DNA of 64,000 nucleotides from Candidatus Sumerlaeia bacterium (lineage in GTDB: Bacteria; Sumerlaeota; Sumerlaeia; SLMS01; JANRJK01). The notes beneath the pieces were generated by a model. The model did not search any database. It saw only the letters and a list, made by a program, of their open reading frames with translations, and was not told where the DNA came from. Below, one piece after another: positions 62,276 to 64,000 of the stretch (the stretch's first letter is position 1; each line of letters opens with the position of its first letter). The DNA lies in assembly GCA_033764015.1 (NCBI GenBank), contig JANRJK010000021.1:3291-67290 (forward strand), given 5' to 3'. The position numbers and the translations under genes were made by a program.

Positions 62276-63388
62276 ATGAACGCAGCGCCGCCCGGACCGC
62301 CCCTCGACCTGCTTGCCGATCCGCTCCTCTACGGGGTGGCGGCGGTGCTCGTGTTCCTCCTCGGGATGCTGTTCGGTTCGTTCTTCAATGTCGCGATCTA
62401 CCGCGTGCCGATCGGGCTGTCGGTGGGGCGCCCCGCGCGGAGCTTCTGCTTCCGCTGCGGCTCGCCGGTCGAGGCGCGCGACAACGTGCCGGTGCTGAGC
62501 TGGCTGCTGCTGCGAGGGCGCTGCCGCTCCTGCGGCGTGCCGTTCTCCTGGCGCTACGCCGGTGTGGAGCTGCTCACCGGCGCCATCTTCTGCGCGGTGT
62601 TCCTCGCGACGATCCCGCTCGGCGGCGAGCTCCGCATCGCGCTGCTCTGGTACTGGGCCTTCGCCGGGCTGCTCATCGTCGGCACGTTCACCGACTTCGA
62701 CCACTGGATCATCCCCGACTCGGTGACGGTCGGGGGCGCGCTGGCGGGCATTCCCGCGGCGCTGCTGATCGGGCTCGTGGACCGCGAGGGGATCCTGACG
62801 CAGGCGGGTCCGTTCCCGGCCGTGCGCCACGTGCCGGGCAGCGACCCGGTCTTCTACTTCGACGCGATCATCTCCGGCGTCGCCCGCGGTTCCGACGCGG
62901 CCCCGCTCTGGTGGGACGCGCCGGCGAACGCGCTGCTCGGCATCCTGATCGGTCCCGCGATCCTGTTCGCGGTTGGCGAGCTGGGCCGGCTCCTGTTCCG
63001 CAAGGATGCGATGGGCTTCGGCGACGTGAAACTCTTCGCGCTGATCGGCGTCACGCTCGGGCCCGTGAACACGCTGCTGGTGCTCTTCATGGCGTCGATC
63101 CTGGGCACGATCAGCGGCCTCGGCGGAATCGTCGCGTCGTGGTTCGCGGAGCGCCGCCCGCCGCCGCTCGCGGAGGGCCGCGCGCACGCGCCCCGGGAGA
63201 CGGACGCGCTGGCGGAGGACGACCCGTCGCGGCTCCTCGCGCGGCTCGTCGAGCGCGACGCGGAGCGCAAGCCGGGCAAGAACCTGCACCACCTGCCCTT
63301 CGGGCCGTGGATCGCGCTGGCGGGGCTCCTGCTGCTGCTGTTCCACGAGCAGATCCGCGGCGGCCTCGCGGGGTTCGTGCTCCCATGA
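62276..63388 (+). CDS. Prepilin peptidase (A24 family) with an N-terminal methyltransferase-type zinc region
   Basis: FCFRCGSPVEARDNVPVLSWLLLRGRCRSCG (Cys-rich motif), and catalytic Asp regions FTDFDHWIIPD and MGFGDVKLF. The start is ATG 62276 or GTG 62252. An insertion (about residues 290-330) precedes the last TM. Confidence 0.85.
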   Translation: MNAAPPGPPLDLLADPLLYGVAAVLVFLLGMLFGSFFNVAIYRVPIGLSVGRPARSFCFRCGSPVEARDNVPVLSWLLLRGRCRSCGVPFSWRYAGVELLTGAIFCAVFLATIPLGGELRIALLWYWAFAGLLIVGTFTDFDHWIIPDSVTVGGALAGIPAALLIGLVDREGILTQAGPFPAVRHVPGSDPVFYFDAIISGVARGSDAAPLWWDAPANALLGILIGPAILFAVGELGRLLFRKDAMGFGDVKLFALIGVTLGPVNTLLVLFMASILGTISGLGGIVASWFAERRPPPLAEGRAHAPRETDALAEDDPSRLLARLVERDAERKPGKNLHHLPFGPWIALAGLLLLLFHEQIRGGLAGFVLP

Positions 63389-64000
63389 CGATCCGCGGAA
63401 CGACGCGCCTGCTCGGCGTCATCGGTTGGCCCGTGGCGCACACGATGTCGCCGGCGATCCAGAACGCGGCGATCGCGGCGGCGGGGCTGGACTACGTGTA
63501 CGTGCCGCTGCCGGTGGAACCGGAGCGGCTGGCGGACGCGATGCCGGGGCTCGGCGCGCTGGGCTTCGCCGGCGTGAACGCGACCGTGCCGCACAAGGTG
63601 GCGGTGCTGGCGCACGTGCACCAGCTCGCCGAATCGGCGCAGCTCGCCGGCGCGGCGAACACCATCGTGGTCGGCGCGGACGGCCTGCTGACCGGGCACA
63701 ACACCGACCTGCCGGCGCTGGAGGAGCGGCTCGCGGCGCGCTGCGGCGAGCGCATCGGCGACCTGCGCGGCGCGGTGGTCGGCTGCGGAGGCGCGGGGCG
63801 CGCGGCCGCGGTGGCGCTCGCGCACGCGGGAGCGGGCGAGATCCTCCTCTACAACCGCACTCCGGGTCGGGCCGAGGCGCTCGCGGATCAGCTCGACGAC
63901 TTCTTCCCCGGCTCGATCTTCCGCCCGGCGCCGTGGGGCGCGTTCACGGAACTCGCCGACTGCCGCGCGGTGCTCCACACGTCGACCGTCGGCCTCGCCG
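63385..64000 (+). CDS. aroE: Shikimate dehydrogenase (3' end outside window)
   Basis: This gene is not in the ORF track because no stop falls inside the window. ATG 63385 overlaps the upstream stop. My own translation gives LLGVIGWPVAHTMSPAIQNAA...GVNATVPHKVAV...AANTIV...GHNTDL...GCGGAGRAAA, the AroE pattern. Confidence 0.85.
   Translation, partial: MTIRGTTRLLGVIGWPVAHTMSPAIQNAAIAAAGLDYVYVPLPVEPERLADAMPGLGALGFAGVNATVPHKVAVLAHVHQLAESAQLAGAANTIVVGADGLLTGHNTDLPALEERLAARCGERIGDLRGAVVGCGGAGRAAAVALAHAGAGEILLYNRTPGRAEALADQLDDFFPGSIFRPAPWGAFTELADCRAVLHTSTVGLA

Noticed and set aside
1-64000. CRISPR arrays, rRNA/tRNA genes, insertion sequences and prophage genes
   Set aside because: I found no regularly spaced repeats, no tRNA-like cloverleaf candidates in any intergenic gap (all are under 400 nt), and no transposase, integrase or phage structural signatures in the six-frame translations.

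Overview
This is a high-GC (about 70-75%) bacterial chromosomal segment that is almost fully coding, and I saw no rRNA, tRNA, CRISPR array, transposase or integrase. The centre (30.7-47.6 kb) is a complete, tightly coupled dcw cell-wall/division cluster: mraZ-rsmH-ftsL-like-ftsI-murE-murF-mraY-murD-ftsW-murG-murC-murB-ftsQ-ftsA. It ends without ftsZ, and a polytopic membrane protein sits in the usual ftsZ position. The flanks carry housekeeping and signalling genes: mgtE, thpR, an orphan histidine kinase, HU, a DEAD-box helicase, and an adaptor protein followed by an ECF sigma / anti-sigma pair. They also include a sigma-54 activator beside AhpD-like and YHS genes, gltA, a GAF-GGDEF-HD-GYP protein, add, an LptF/G permease, a YhaM-like RNase with PilZ, GT4, recX, a PLD-type lipid synthase, a prepilin peptidase and aroE. 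A prepilin-type pseudopilin and several Ala-rich GT-C-like membrane proteins give the segment a PVC-like flavour, but phylum cannot be assigned from this window. The clearest accessory signal is a sharp low-GC two-gene island at about 50.25-51.99 kb. It encodes an orphan 151-aa protein and a NucS/DUF91-like PD-(D/E)xK nuclease-like protein with an unassigned C-terminal domain, and I rank it the best candidate for an undescribed system. Other points of interest are an anti-sigma factor ending in a pseudopilin-like globular domain, a 1026-aa orphan secreted helical protein, a 929-aa HYR/Ig surface protein, and a degenerate HD-GYP domain. All functional calls come from motif reading of the supplied translations, and no database search was run. 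Many long out-of-frame ORFs in the track are high-GC shadow ORFs and were rejected.
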